Positions 1-10,549 of a stretch of DNA of 64,000 nt are shown here, in pieces (the first letter of the stretch is position 1; each line of letters opens with the position of its first letter). The notes beneath the pieces are model-generated. The model did no database searches. It saw nothing but the letters and a program-made list of their open reading frames with translations, and had not been told where the DNA came from. The DNA lies in the NCBI GenBank assembly GCA_965279315.1, contig OZ257145.1, forward strand, positions 2,819,530 to 2,883,529, read 5' to 3'. The translations under genes and the position numbers were made by a program. Origin of the DNA: Alphaproteobacteria bacterium. Lineage in GTDB: Bacteria; Pseudomonadota; Alphaproteobacteria; Micavibrionales; UBA2020.

Positions 1-1
1 C

Positions 2-193
2 TTCTGGGGCTATATGATGGGATCTTCGGGCAACCGCAGCGGCGGATCGTCCGGCAGCTGGGGCAGTTCATCCAGCAGCAACGACAAGGGCGGTGCAGCC
101 GCCGCAATCGTGATTGTCGGCGCGGTCGCCCTCGCCGCCAGCGCGAGCGTCGTGACCTACAAGGCGATGAAGGCGAATTTCGGGAACGGCTAA
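2..193 (+). CDS. 3' end of a Gly/Ser-rich protein with a C-terminal transmembrane helix (partial; starts outside the window)
   Basis: Open frame from the window edge to TAA at 191-193. It translates to ..GSSGNRSGGSSGSWGSSSSSNDKGGAAAAIVIVGAVALAASASVVTYKAMKANFGNG. GC3-rich codons. Confidence 0.45.
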   Translation, partial: FWGYMMGSSGNRSGGSSGSWGSSSSSNDKGGAAAAIVIVGAVALAASASVVTYKAMKANFGNG

Positions 194-819
194 CTCAGGA
201 ACGACGCGGCGGGCAGTTCGACCAGGTTGTCGTCCAGCTCGTTGACGTCGTTGCGTGTTTCGGGGAAGTGTTGCACCAGCACCGTGCCGCAGGCGCGGAT
301 GGCGTTCAGGAAGGCGTCCTGCACTTTATCCGCCTGCACATCGGCAACCACAGTATCGACGATGCGCACCCATTCATTGGGCAGGACTTTGTCGTTGATG
401 CCCTTGTCCGCGATGATTTCGACATGGCGTTCGGCGAGCGATATGAACAGCATCACCCCGCTCCGTTTGTTTGTTTCGTTCATCTTCAGCGCGAAGAACT
501 GTTCAAAAGCATGACGGCGGCAATTCGTGAGGCGCAGGCCGCGCGGCGTTATGGCAACCCGCAAAGGAGTCAGCAAGAACACCGCCGCAAGAGCGATAAA
601 AGCGATACTCTGGATGCCGAACGAGATCGTGTTCACCGCCGCGATATTCACGACCGGCAGCACCAGCGCGATCATGGATGCCCAGACGAGCGGGAACAGC
701 ACATAACGGGCAGATGATTGCGCAACCACGCAGACCATTTCGCCCGTCGTGTTTTTTTCGAGCGCTTCCACGGCAACCCTGATATCGCGGCGCATGTCAT
801 CGGTCACTTTAAACGTCAT
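190..819 (-). CDS. TPM-domain-like membrane protein
   Basis: 209 aa ORF with central hydrophobic helices and a C-terminal segment (MLFISLAERHVEIIADKGI) typical of TPM/TLP18.3-type domains. Abuts the next TPM gene with no gap. Confidence 0.55.
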   Translation of the reverse strand: MTFKVTDDMRRDIRVAVEALEKNTTGEMVCVVAQSSARYVLFPLVWASMIALVLPVVNIAAVNTISFGIQSIAFIALAAVFLLTPLRVAITPRGLRLTNCRRHAFEQFFALKMNETNKRSGVMLFISLAERHVEIIADKGINDKVLPNEWVRIVDTVVADVQADKVQDAFLNAIRACGTVLVQHFPETRNDVNELDDNLVELPAASFLS

Positions 820-1464
820 TTACCACCTCTTGAACGCCCCGCCGCCGAAAATGCGGTCGGCATTGCCATCGCCGAACAGCACCTTCAGCAAAATCATGAT
901 GGGAAAAAGGATCAGGAACGGCAAATAGCGGCTACGTTTTTCGGTGGCGGTCAGGTATTCGCCCTTCAGCGCATCCGATACACCGCGCATCCCGTTGCGC
1001 AGGGCCTGCGCCACATCGCCCGTTTTCAGGTTCGGGCGCATATGGCTTTTAAGAATGTCCTTGATGATCGCGGGTGTCAAATATTGCTCCACCCCCGGCG
1101 CAAGGCTGAAGGCAACGGCGCCTTCCTGTTTTGATACCAGTACCAGCACACCGGGCTTGGTCGTGGCGACGCCCATCTGCTGCGCCGTGTATTGCGCGTA
1201 ATAATCGGCCTTCCATTTGCCGAGCGCGGGCAGGACGACAATCACGACCTGACGCCCTGTAGCGAATTCGGTATCATCGGCCAGTTCCAGCAACTCCTTG
1301 TACACGCGGTCATTCAGCAGGTTGCTGCTGTCGATCACCTGGCTGATGGATTTGTAATAGGGTGAAAAGGCATGCATGGCCTGCGCGCCCGTCGCGAACA
1401 GGCATATCATTAAAACCAGCAATATCAGGCGTGAAAGCCGCAAAGAAAATGCCCCTTTTCCCAA
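820..1464 (-). CDS. TPM domain-containing protein (YgcG-like), signal peptide plus C-terminal TM and Gly-rich tail
   Basis: 214 aa. N-terminal signal-like LLVLMICLFATGAQA, a VVIVVLPAL...GVLVLVSKQEGAVAF core, a C-terminal TM helix and a GGGAFKRW tail. Confidence 0.6.
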   Translation of the reverse strand: MGKGAFSLRLSRLILLVLMICLFATGAQAMHAFSPYYKSISQVIDSSNLLNDRVYKELLELADDTEFATGRQVVIVVLPALGKWKADYYAQYTAQQMGVATTKPGVLVLVSKQEGAVAFSLAPGVEQYLTPAIIKDILKSHMRPNLKTGDVAQALRNGMRGVSDALKGEYLTATEKRSRYLPFLILFPIMILLKVLFGDGNADRIFGGGAFKRW

Positions 1465-1591
1465 GCCCTATATTGCCACAACCGCCTTAACAACGGATTA
1501 CGCCAATTATGGCAATTTCGCGGGACGCATTGAGAAAATGTCCTATATAAGGCATGTTATCAGCAGTTTTCATCGCTTCAGGGAGCCCGTC

Positions 1592-3160
<1,569 letters not shown>

Positions 3161-3165
3161 AGAAC

Positions 3166-3462
3166 ATGAACGCCGGAATTGTTATGCTGCGGGATGGCAC
3201 ACCTTGCATCGCCTATGATGACAAGCTGCCCTATCCCATCAAGCATATCGAATTCTGCCGCGAGAATTTCCTGCTGACCTTGGTGTATAACGTGCCGGGC
3301 GTCAGCAAGATTTCGGGCAAGAAACAGGGCAAGACGTTCGAATACCCGCTCGACCATCCGTTTGTGAAGACATTGGAAGAAAAACGCGTCTGCGGCGTGG
3401 CGGCGATGGGTGACAAGGATCTCCTTGAAATTAAAATGTATTCCGTCGTTTTTACCAGTTAA
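3166..3462 (+). CDS. hypothetical small protein (98 aa)
   Basis: GC3-rich codon pattern on the + strand. The antisense alternative 3157..3483 is Arg/His-rich and less protein-like. Confidence 0.5.
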   Translation: MNAGIVMLRDGTPCIAYDDKLPYPIKHIEFCRENFLLTLVYNVPGVSKISGKKQGKTFEYPLDHPFVKTLEEKRVCGVAAMGDKDLLEIKMYSVVFTS

Positions 3463-3493
3463 CCTATAAATTTCCGTCGTCATGCCGCGCCTG

Positions 3494-3502
3494 TGGTATA
3501 AT
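3494..3502 (+). promoter_or_regulatory. extended -10 promoter element TGgTATAAT upstream of the 95 aa ORF
   Basis: TGGTATAAT lies about 40 nt upstream of the ATG at 3544. AAGGG Shine-Dalgarno-like sequence before the start. Confidence 0.3.
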
Positions 3503-3543
3503 GGTCATTACAATCAAACGGCATATTCCAAGGGCGGGCGATC

Positions 3544-3831
3544 ATGGCGAACGAGCAAAAACCACAAGGTTCTATTCTCGAAGGCGTTGCGGGCGAAAAA
3601 GCCGCCGGCGTCGTCAACCTGCTCTATAACGTGATGAAGATGGAATTGTGCCTTGGCCTTGCCAATACACTCGGCCTTGGGCTGAGCGGCCCTGTGAACA
3701 AGATGGAACTGGGGCAGTTGGGCAATGTCAGCCCGACCGCGCTTGGCATCAAGCCCGCGTTGAACAGCATGATGATGAAGAACGGCCTGTCAGCGCCGAA
3801 GCTGCCTTCGCCATCGAAAATTTTCAGCTAA
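3544..3831 (+). CDS. hypothetical small protein (95 aa)
   Basis: ORF with an SD-like AAGGGCGGG upstream. Contains the repeated segment MKMELxLG / NKMELGQLG. No recognisable domain. Confidence 0.45.
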   Translation: MANEQKPQGSILEGVAGEKAAGVVNLLYNVMKMELCLGLANTLGLGLSGPVNKMELGQLGNVSPTALGIKPALNSMMMKNGLSAPKLPSPSKIFS

Positions 3832-3837
3832 TAAAGA

Positions 3838-5166
3838 TTATCCCAATCCGGCAATTTTATTCGCCAGCGATGCGGGCGGTTTTTTCGGCGCGGTTGTATT
3901 GGCCTTCGCCTTGATGCCGTCACGTTTCTGGGCGAGCCAGAAGGCCATGGCAAGGCTTTTCATGTCGGTCAGCCGGCCGTCTTCGGCGCGGGCGATGAAT
4001 TCATCGGATGAAATCACGACCGTTTTAATGTCTTCGCCGAAGCCTGCGCGACCACGCACGCCGCCTGCATTGCTGCTGTCGACGATGCCGGTGACGAGGG
4101 CGATTTTCTCGGTGCTGCCGCCTGCGCTCACATACGCGCCCGCATGGATGACGCTGGCATTTTGCAGCGCAAGGCCGGTTTCGCGGTTTAAACGGTCGGA
4201 AGCAGCTGTCAGCAGGTCTTCGCCTTTTTTCAGCATCGCGGCGGGGACGGTGTCGCTATAGGGGTAATCACCCGCTGCCAGCATACCGGTGCGCATTTCA
4301 TTCACAAGCACCACTTCATCGCGCTTCGGGTCGTAGCCGAGGATGGCGATGGCGTCGCCGCGCTCGAAATTCAGGCGTTTTAATGTCTGCTTGCCGCCAT
4401 CATGCTTATCCTGTTCGACGGTCAGCTGCTCGATCTTGAACACACCGTCATAGAGCATTTCGCGGGACTTGATCTCGGCCTGCGGCGGGGCGGGTTGTTT
4501 TTTGGGGGCGAAAATATCGGTGATCTTGGCATCGACATCGGCGGGCGGTTTCGCATTCGGGTCGCGCAATTCGTCGCGGTGGTTGGCAAGCCAGAAGGCG
4601 GAGACGAGGCTTTTCATGTCCTTGATGCGGCCGTCATTCGCGCGTTCGATGAATTCATCGGCGGAGAGGATGACGGTCTTGATATTCTCCCCCTCGCCTT
4701 CCTTGCCATGCACGCCGCCAGCCTTCGACAAATCGACCTTGCCCATCACGAGCGCGATTTTTTCCGACGTGCCGCCCGCGCTAACATACGCGCCGGCATG
4801 GATGGTGACAGGATCGGTCAGCACCTGTCCGGTTTCTTCCTCCGTCTCGCGTAGGGCCGCATCGACATGCGTTTCGCCTTTGTCGATCATGCCGGCGGGC
4901 AGGCTGTCGTTGAACGGGTAATCGCCCGCAGCCAGCATGCCGGGGCGCATTTCATTTACCATCAGCACCTGGTCGCGCTGCGCGTCATAAGCAAGAATGC
5001 CGACCGCATGGCCGCGCTCGAAATGGATGCGCTTCACCGTCTCGCTGGTGCCGTCATGCTTGCCCATGTCGATGGTGAGTTCTTCAAGCTTGAAGAAGCC
5101 GCTATAGAGGCTCTTGCGGTCCGTGATGGTGGCTTGGGGTTTTTTCGGGTCAGTCACGTTCGGCAA
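3838..5166 (-). CDS. tandem double-Nudix protein (two ADP-ribose pyrophosphatase-like domains fused)
   Basis: 442 aa with two homologous halves. The N-terminal half has an intact Nudix box, GMIDKGETHVDAALRETEEETGQ. The C-terminal half has a degenerate one, AMLKKGEDLLTAASDRLNRETGL. TTG start preceded by TGAGGAT. Confidence 0.85.
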   Translation of the reverse strand: MPNVTDPKKPQATITDRKSLYSGFFKLEELTIDMGKHDGTSETVKRIHFERGHAVGILAYDAQRDQVLMVNEMRPGMLAAGDYPFNDSLPAGMIDKGETHVDAALRETEEETGQVLTDPVTIHAGAYVSAGGTSEKIALVMGKVDLSKAGGVHGKEGEGENIKTVILSADEFIERANDGRIKDMKSLVSAFWLANHRDELRDPNAKPPADVDAKITDIFAPKKQPAPPQAEIKSREMLYDGVFKIEQLTVEQDKHDGGKQTLKRLNFERGDAIAILGYDPKRDEVVLVNEMRTGMLAAGDYPYSDTVPAAMLKKGEDLLTAASDRLNRETGLALQNASVIHAGAYVSAGGSTEKIALVTGIVDSSNAGGVRGRAGFGEDIKTVVISSDEFIARAEDGRLTDMKSLAMAFWLAQKRDGIKAKANTTAPKKPPASLANKIAGLG

Positions 5167-5245
5167 TCCTCAATATAAATGATTGCCATAATATCAAAAT
5201 CCCACCCTTAAAGGAAGCGGGATAATGGTGAATGATTATAGAGAG

Positions 5246-5959
5246 TTACTTCCCGCCCGAACGCGCTTCACGCACCAGTTCCAGCACATCGACGCTGACG
5301 GGCGCGCGGTTGCGGAGGCTGCTGCGGCGGATATAGGGTTCGGGCTGCGCGGGTTTCATCTTTTCGCGGTTGCGGGCGAGCCACAGCGCGAAGACCATGC
5401 ATTTCATGTCGCGCAACTGGCCGCTTTCGGCCTGTGCGATATAGTCTTCGGCCTTCACGACGACGACGCGGATGTCTTCGCCTTCATTCGTCTTGCCCTG
5501 AATGCTGCCGTTCACGACCTTGCCCATGTCGAGCGTGCCGATGACGAGCGTGATTTTTTCGGATGTGCCGCCGGAAGATACATACGCGCCATCATGGATG
5601 ATGCGCGCGGAATTCAGTTGCGCGCCGGTTTCTTCATAAAACTCGCGGGCCGCCGCCTCCAATACCGCTTCGCCCGGATCGATCATGCCGGCGGGCAGTG
5701 CGTTGATGAAGGGATAGTCGCCCGCCGATAGCAGGCCGGGATGCATTTCGTTGACGAGCAGCACTTCGTCGGTCGCGGGATCATAGCCGAGGATGGCGAC
5801 CGCATGGCCGCGTTCGAACACCAGGCGCTTGATTTCCATCGAGCCGCCATTGTGGGTGTTCATGTTGATGGTGAGTTCGTCGACCTTGAAAAAGCCGTCA
5901 TAGACACGTTTGCGTTCGGTGATTTCGGCCTTCATCTTCTTCGGCATGCCATCGTCCAT
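5246..5959 (-). CDS. Nudix hydrolase (ADP-ribose pyrophosphatase-like), paralog of the adjacent fused gene
   Basis: Intact Nudix box GMIDPGEAVLEAAAREFYEETGA. Start chosen at MDDGMPKK with AAGGGG upstream. The ORF is open up to 6001. Confidence 0.85.
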   Translation of the reverse strand: MDDGMPKKMKAEITERKRVYDGFFKVDELTINMNTHNGGSMEIKRLVFERGHAVAILGYDPATDEVLLVNEMHPGLLSAGDYPFINALPAGMIDPGEAVLEAAAREFYEETGAQLNSARIIHDGAYVSSGGTSEKITLVIGTLDMGKVVNGSIQGKTNEGEDIRVVVVKAEDYIAQAESGQLRDMKCMVFALWLARNREKMKPAQPEPYIRRSSLRNRAPVSVDVLELVREARSGGK

Positions 5960-6122
5960 CGCACAAACCCCTTGTTGCGTTTGCTTAGATATTATTAGCA
6001 TAACCGGGGTGCAAGCGCTATCGAAAACGGGCGCTCAAATGCCAATTTATTTAATGATATCAATTAGTTGAGTATTGAGCATATCTGTGGCCATTTGGAG
6101 CATAAGGGCTAAGCCCTTGCTT

Positions 6123-8735
6123 TTACTTCACGACTTTGAGATGCGGCGCATCGTCGCCGTTTTCGCCGGAAGCCTTGGGCTCTTCGGTAATTTCCGGCTG
6201 CTGTAACGCAGCAGGCACGGAATCCATCAGCACGCGTGATGCCGGCATGATGACGCGGGCGGTGGTGCCCATGCCTTTCTGGCTGATAATCTTGAATTCG
6301 CCGCCATGCAGGCGCACGAGGGATTCGACGATCGTGAGGCCGAGGCCCGTGCCCGCCTTCATGCCGCTGAAGGTGGTGTCGACCTTGCCGAACGGCGTCA
6401 GCGCTTTCTTGATTTCATCTGCAGTCATGCCGATGCCGCTGTCGATCACGTCGATAAACATCTCGCCTGTTTTTTCGATGCTGGCGGTGACTTTGACCTT
6501 GCCGCCCTGCGGGGTGAATTTGATGGCGTTGCCGATGAGGTTCAACATGATCTGCTTGAAGCCCAGTTCCTCCGCCAGCAATTCCGGCAGGTCTTCGGGC
6601 AGTTCCACCTTCACTTCGACGCCCGCCTGGTCGATGCGGTTCATCATGATGGTCATGCAGGCCTTGACGGCCTTCATCAGCTTGAAGTTGCTGAGGTTCA
6701 ATTCGCGGTTGCCAGTCTCGATCTTGGAAACTTCCAGAATTTCCGAGATGATTTTCAGCAGGTAATTGCCGCTGTCGTAAATGTCTTGCGCATATTCCTT
6801 ATAGACCTTGATCTCGATCTGGCCCATCACCTCGTCCTTGATGATTTCCGAGAAGCCGATGACGGCGTTCAGCGGCGTGCGCAATTCATGCGACATGTTG
6901 GCGAGGAATTCCATGCGTGTGCGGCTGGAAATTTCCGCCTGCACGCGGGCATAGCGCATCGCCTCTTCCGCCTCTTTGCGCTCGGTCACGTCCCAGACGG
7001 AACCTTCGTAATAATCGACGCTGCCCTTTTCGTTGCGCACGACGCGGGCGTTTTGCAAAATCCAGATGATCTTGCCGTCGCGGCGCTTCACTTCGGCTTC
7101 GTTGCCGGATACACGTCCTTCGAACAGCAGTTTCTGCACGAATTCGGCACGCTCGTTCGGGCGCACATATAACTGGCCGCCGATATCGCTGACTTCATTC
7201 ATCATCTCGCCGGGGTTGCCGTAGCCGAGGATTTCGGCCAGCGCCATGTTGGCGGCGATAAAGCGGCCATCTGCGGAAATCTGGTAGATGCCGGAAACCG
7301 AGTTTTCAAAGATCGCGCGGAAACGCTGTTCAGCTTCGCGCACGGCCAATTCGGCGCGGCGGCGTTTTTCGATGTCGTGGATAGACCCCACCACACGGAT
7401 GCTCTTGTCTTCGGTCATGCGGAGCATGGAGAAAGCGATTTCCACCGGCTTGATCGCGCCATGGCCGAGGTTCAGCCTGGTTTCGGCGCGGTAGGCCTGA
7501 CGCTCGCCGCGCACCAGCTCGTCGAACATGTCGCGCTGCTTCGTCTGCTCCGACACATCCAGCATGGCGAACAGGGATTCACCCAAGGTGTCGGATGTTT
7601 CGCGCAGCGTCATTTTTTTCCATGTCTCGTTCAGAAACATGATGCGGCCGATTTCGTCGGTTTCGAAAATCACGTCGGAGACGGAGTTGATGACGGCCTT
7701 ATACTCGCGTTCAGACTTGCGCAGAGCGTGAAACAGCTTGTCGCGCTCGGAAATACGGCTTTGCAGTTCGGACTGGGTGCCCTCGAGGCTTTTCGACATT
7801 TCCTCCAGCTTCATGTCCTGCGCATGCTTGCGGTGCGCAATGCTGGATGCGATGCCGGTCAAAATCATGATGAGCGCAAGTGCGCCCCACGGCGTGAATG
7901 TCAGCAGTTTCGACATCAGCGTCGGGCGCACGCCGAACTTGATGTCCCACGACTGGTTGCCCAGCGTCAGCACGTAATTGACGGTTTCTGTCGAAGGGTC
8001 GGCATCATCCGACGCCAGCAACGACGATATGCGCGTATCGACCAGCACGAAATCTGTATCGCGGTCCTTGATCGTCACGCGATCGATGTCTTCGCGCTGC
8101 GTGGACCAGCTGTTCCCGAAAATCATGGCAGGCGTGGTGGCCACGAGCAGGATGCCGGTGCCGTTATCGGCCAAGCGCGATTTCAGCACCAACCCGACCG
8201 GTTCATCGGCGCTGTTTGCCGTTTTGACGTTAAACGCCGCCCAGGGCATATCGGGCAGGTAATCGATTTCGTTGAAGTTGACCTGCGCGGTTTCGCGCGT
8301 CAGTTCCTGAAAGCTCGGCCAGCCGGCGGCGGCGTCATAGGCCGTGCGTTCGGTCATGCTGCGCATGTCCTGCTGGCGCCAGACGCCCTTGTCTGTCGCC
8401 CAGAGCAGCGCAGTCAGCGGCGCATTGCCGGTCAGCAGTTTTTGCACGCCGCCGATGACGGAGGGCTGTTCCTGTGTCGCGGCATTCACGGATGAATGGA
8501 AATACTGCAGATTGCGGACGGTTTTTTCCATGTCCGTCAGCGATTGTTCTGTCGCGCGCAAAATATCGCGGGTGCGGCTGCGGGCCTCGAGGGTTTTCAT
8601 GTTGCCAACGGCGAAATGCAGCGCGACAAACGCAATCGCGGCGATGACCATGCCGTTCACGAGAATGAACGAAGCGACGGTATCCGTTTTCAAATACCGC
8701 TGTGATGCGGTCTGAGCTTTGTTCTCGGTCGTCAA
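6123..8735 (-). CDS. membrane sensor histidine kinase with a periplasmic domain, PAS domains, HisKA and HATPase_c
   Basis: 870 aa. Two TM segments flank a roughly 250 aa extracytoplasmic region. H-box FLANMSHELRTPLNAVIGFSE, N/G boxes NLIGNAIKFT, DSGIGM, GTGLGL. No receiver domain. Confidence 0.9.
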   Translation of the reverse strand: MTTENKAQTASQRYLKTDTVASFILVNGMVIAAIAFVALHFAVGNMKTLEARSRTRDILRATEQSLTDMEKTVRNLQYFHSSVNAATQEQPSVIGGVQKLLTGNAPLTALLWATDKGVWRQQDMRSMTERTAYDAAAGWPSFQELTRETAQVNFNEIDYLPDMPWAAFNVKTANSADEPVGLVLKSRLADNGTGILLVATTPAMIFGNSWSTQREDIDRVTIKDRDTDFVLVDTRISSLLASDDADPSTETVNYVLTLGNQSWDIKFGVRPTLMSKLLTFTPWGALALIMILTGIASSIAHRKHAQDMKLEEMSKSLEGTQSELQSRISERDKLFHALRKSEREYKAVINSVSDVIFETDEIGRIMFLNETWKKMTLRETSDTLGESLFAMLDVSEQTKQRDMFDELVRGERQAYRAETRLNLGHGAIKPVEIAFSMLRMTEDKSIRVVGSIHDIEKRRRAELAVREAEQRFRAIFENSVSGIYQISADGRFIAANMALAEILGYGNPGEMMNEVSDIGGQLYVRPNERAEFVQKLLFEGRVSGNEAEVKRRDGKIIWILQNARVVRNEKGSVDYYEGSVWDVTERKEAEEAMRYARVQAEISSRTRMEFLANMSHELRTPLNAVIGFSEIIKDEVMGQIEIKVYKEYAQDIYDSGNYLLKIISEILEVSKIETGNRELNLSNFKLMKAVKACMTIMMNRIDQAGVEVKVELPEDLPELLAEELGFKQIMLNLIGNAIKFTPQGGKVKVTASIEKTGEMFIDVIDSGIGMTADEIKKALTPFGKVDTTFSGMKAGTGLGLTIVESLVRLHGGEFKIISQKGMGTTARVIMPASRVLMDSVPAALQQPEITEEPKASGENGDDAPHLKVVK

Positions 8736-9059
8736 GGCGGAGCCCTCTCCCTTGACCCTTTCACAGATATTTCATCCGCTTGGGGGTCAGTTTTGCTGCC
8801 GTACCTCTATACTTATGTATTTCATTTAAACTTTTATTAAATTTAGTCTCAAATCCAAAAATAAAGATGACACACCCCGCTATGTGGCTGTTTTGTGTAA
8901 TCTTATTAGTCATTTATGTTAATAAATGTCGTTTTAGGGGATTGCCACGGTTCTATATTTCAATACACTTGTTCTACTTATAAGAAAAAAACGGCCTCAG
9001 AGTGTGTGCAAATTGGGGTTCGCAGCCGGAAACCGGCGCAACCTGTTCGGGGGCAGAAA

Positions 9060-10520
9060 ATGACCGAGAACAAGAAGAAACGCGTCTTCACAGTCCTGTC
9101 GATCGACGGCGGCGGCATCCGTGGCGTTGTGCCTGCGCGCATCTTGCAGGAAATCGAGGAGCGCACCGGCAAACCCATCGCCGAATTGTTCGACATGGTC
9201 GGCGGCACATCGACCGGCGCCATCCTCGGCGCAGGCCTTGTAGTGCCTGACGAGCAGAACCCGACCAAGCCGAAACATTCCGCGCAGGAACTGAAAAATT
9301 TTTACTACACCTTCGGCCCGAAAATTTTCCCGGAGCTGCGCTTCAAGAGCATACGCAAGCTGTCCTCCTCCGCCCTCTATGACCCCAAGCCGCTGGAAGA
9401 TGCGCTGAAGGAAAAGCTGGGCGATTACAAGATGAAGGATTCCCTGACCCACCTGCTGATCCCCGCGACGGACATCAAGAATTTCCGCCCGGTCTGGATC
9501 GCGCATATCAAGGGACAGAAAGACAAATCGCCGGAAGGCTGGTCGAGCATGCTGATGCGCGACGCCGTGCGCGCCTCCACCACCGCGCCCACCTATTTCC
9601 CGTCGAAATATTATTCGACCACGCCGAACGAAGACATGCCCAACGTCACGCACCGCCACGCGCTGATCGACGGCGGATTCTTTGCCGGCAATTCCATGCG
9701 CAGGCTGATGACGCAGGCACGGAAGCTCGCCCCGCCCGATGCGGAAATCGTGGTTGTGCACCTTGGCACCGGCAACGTCGAAAACTCGCTGTCACCGGAA
9801 GAATTCAACAAGCTCGGCCCCATCGGCATGATTTCGAAATCGAACGGCAATCTGCTGCTGTCGCTGGTCATCAACATGTCGCTGATGGATGTGGCGAATG
9901 ATATCCGCGACGAGATTGGCGACCGCTTCATCAGCTTCGACGGCATCCTGAACGGCGAGGCCGATCCCGCCGCGCCCACTTCGACGATGGACGATGCCAG
10001 CCTGAAAAACCTGAAGGCGCTTGAAAAATTTGCCGAGAAGATCATCAAGGACAACGATTCCGAAATGGACCGCCTCTGCGATATCCTGAAGCACCGCGTG
10101 TTCGCTGAAGAATACCATCAGGAAAGCAAGAACGCGCTGCTCAAGCTCACGGCCATCCTCGAAGACGTCAAGACCGTCAAGACGCTGGGCAAGACGTATA
10201 AAAAGATTTTGGGTTATGCGAGCGATATCGTGACCGACACGCCAGAGCCGGGCGACGCCGAAATGAAGACGCTGGCGCAGGCGCTGACCGAACAGCACAA
10301 ACACGACCTCGACCGTATCTATCATGTCGTGCAGGACAAGCTGGAGGGCCAGAACAAGATCCTCAACAGCATCAAGGAAGCGGGCGAAGATCTGACCAAA
10401 TTCGTCAAGAAGCTCGGCTCCCCCTTCCGTCCCCTTCCCCCTTCGCCCGACAACGACAATACCGAGGCGAATGCGCAGCCGTGGAAGCACCGCGCAGGCG
10501 ACAAGCCGAAGCAGCCCTAA
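9060..10520 (+). CDS. patatin-like phospholipase with a roughly 190 aa helical C-terminal extension
   Basis: DGGGIRG oxyanion motif, GGTSTG (GxSxG) nucleophile and DGG (catalytic Asp). Start at MTENKKK. The ORF is open from 8916, but its upstream part lies in AT-rich non-coding-looking DNA. Confidence 0.85.
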   Translation: MTENKKKRVFTVLSIDGGGIRGVVPARILQEIEERTGKPIAELFDMVGGTSTGAILGAGLVVPDEQNPTKPKHSAQELKNFYYTFGPKIFPELRFKSIRKLSSSALYDPKPLEDALKEKLGDYKMKDSLTHLLIPATDIKNFRPVWIAHIKGQKDKSPEGWSSMLMRDAVRASTTAPTYFPSKYYSTTPNEDMPNVTHRHALIDGGFFAGNSMRRLMTQARKLAPPDAEIVVVHLGTGNVENSLSPEEFNKLGPIGMISKSNGNLLLSLVINMSLMDVANDIRDEIGDRFISFDGILNGEADPAAPTSTMDDASLKNLKALEKFAEKIIKDNDSEMDRLCDILKHRVFAEEYHQESKNALLKLTAILEDVKTVKTLGKTYKKILGYASDIVTDTPEPGDAEMKTLAQALTEQHKHDLDRIYHVVQDKLEGQNKILNSIKEAGEDLTKFVKKLGSPFRPLPPSPDNDNTEANAQPWKHRAGDKPKQP

Positions 10521-10549
10521 AAATCTAAAACCGGTTTTGACCGCTATCG

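Noticed and set aside
5167-5245. Terminator-like hairpin (CCCGCTTCC-TTT-AAGGGTGGG followed by ATTTT on the minus strand) between the two Nudix genes
   Set aside because: The stem needs several G-U pairs and a mismatch. Too weak to call.
8916-9059. N-terminal extensions of several track ORFs: 8916 for patatin, 1376 for ALDH, 22961 for the 414 aa protein, 26742 for the membrane protein, 60551 for phosphatase 3, 12068 for small gene A, 55120 for bdhA, 35616 for the dehydrogenase
   Set aside because: The extensions are Arg/Cys-rich or run through AT-rich intergenic DNA or neighbouring genes. Internal starts give canonical N-termini, and most have plausible SD sequences.
9060-10520. Patatin gene as a CBASS (CapV) defence effector
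   Set aside because: No CD-NTase or cyclase, E1/E2/JAB or other CBASS component is adjacent. The neighbours are a sensor kinase and a FUSC-type membrane protein.
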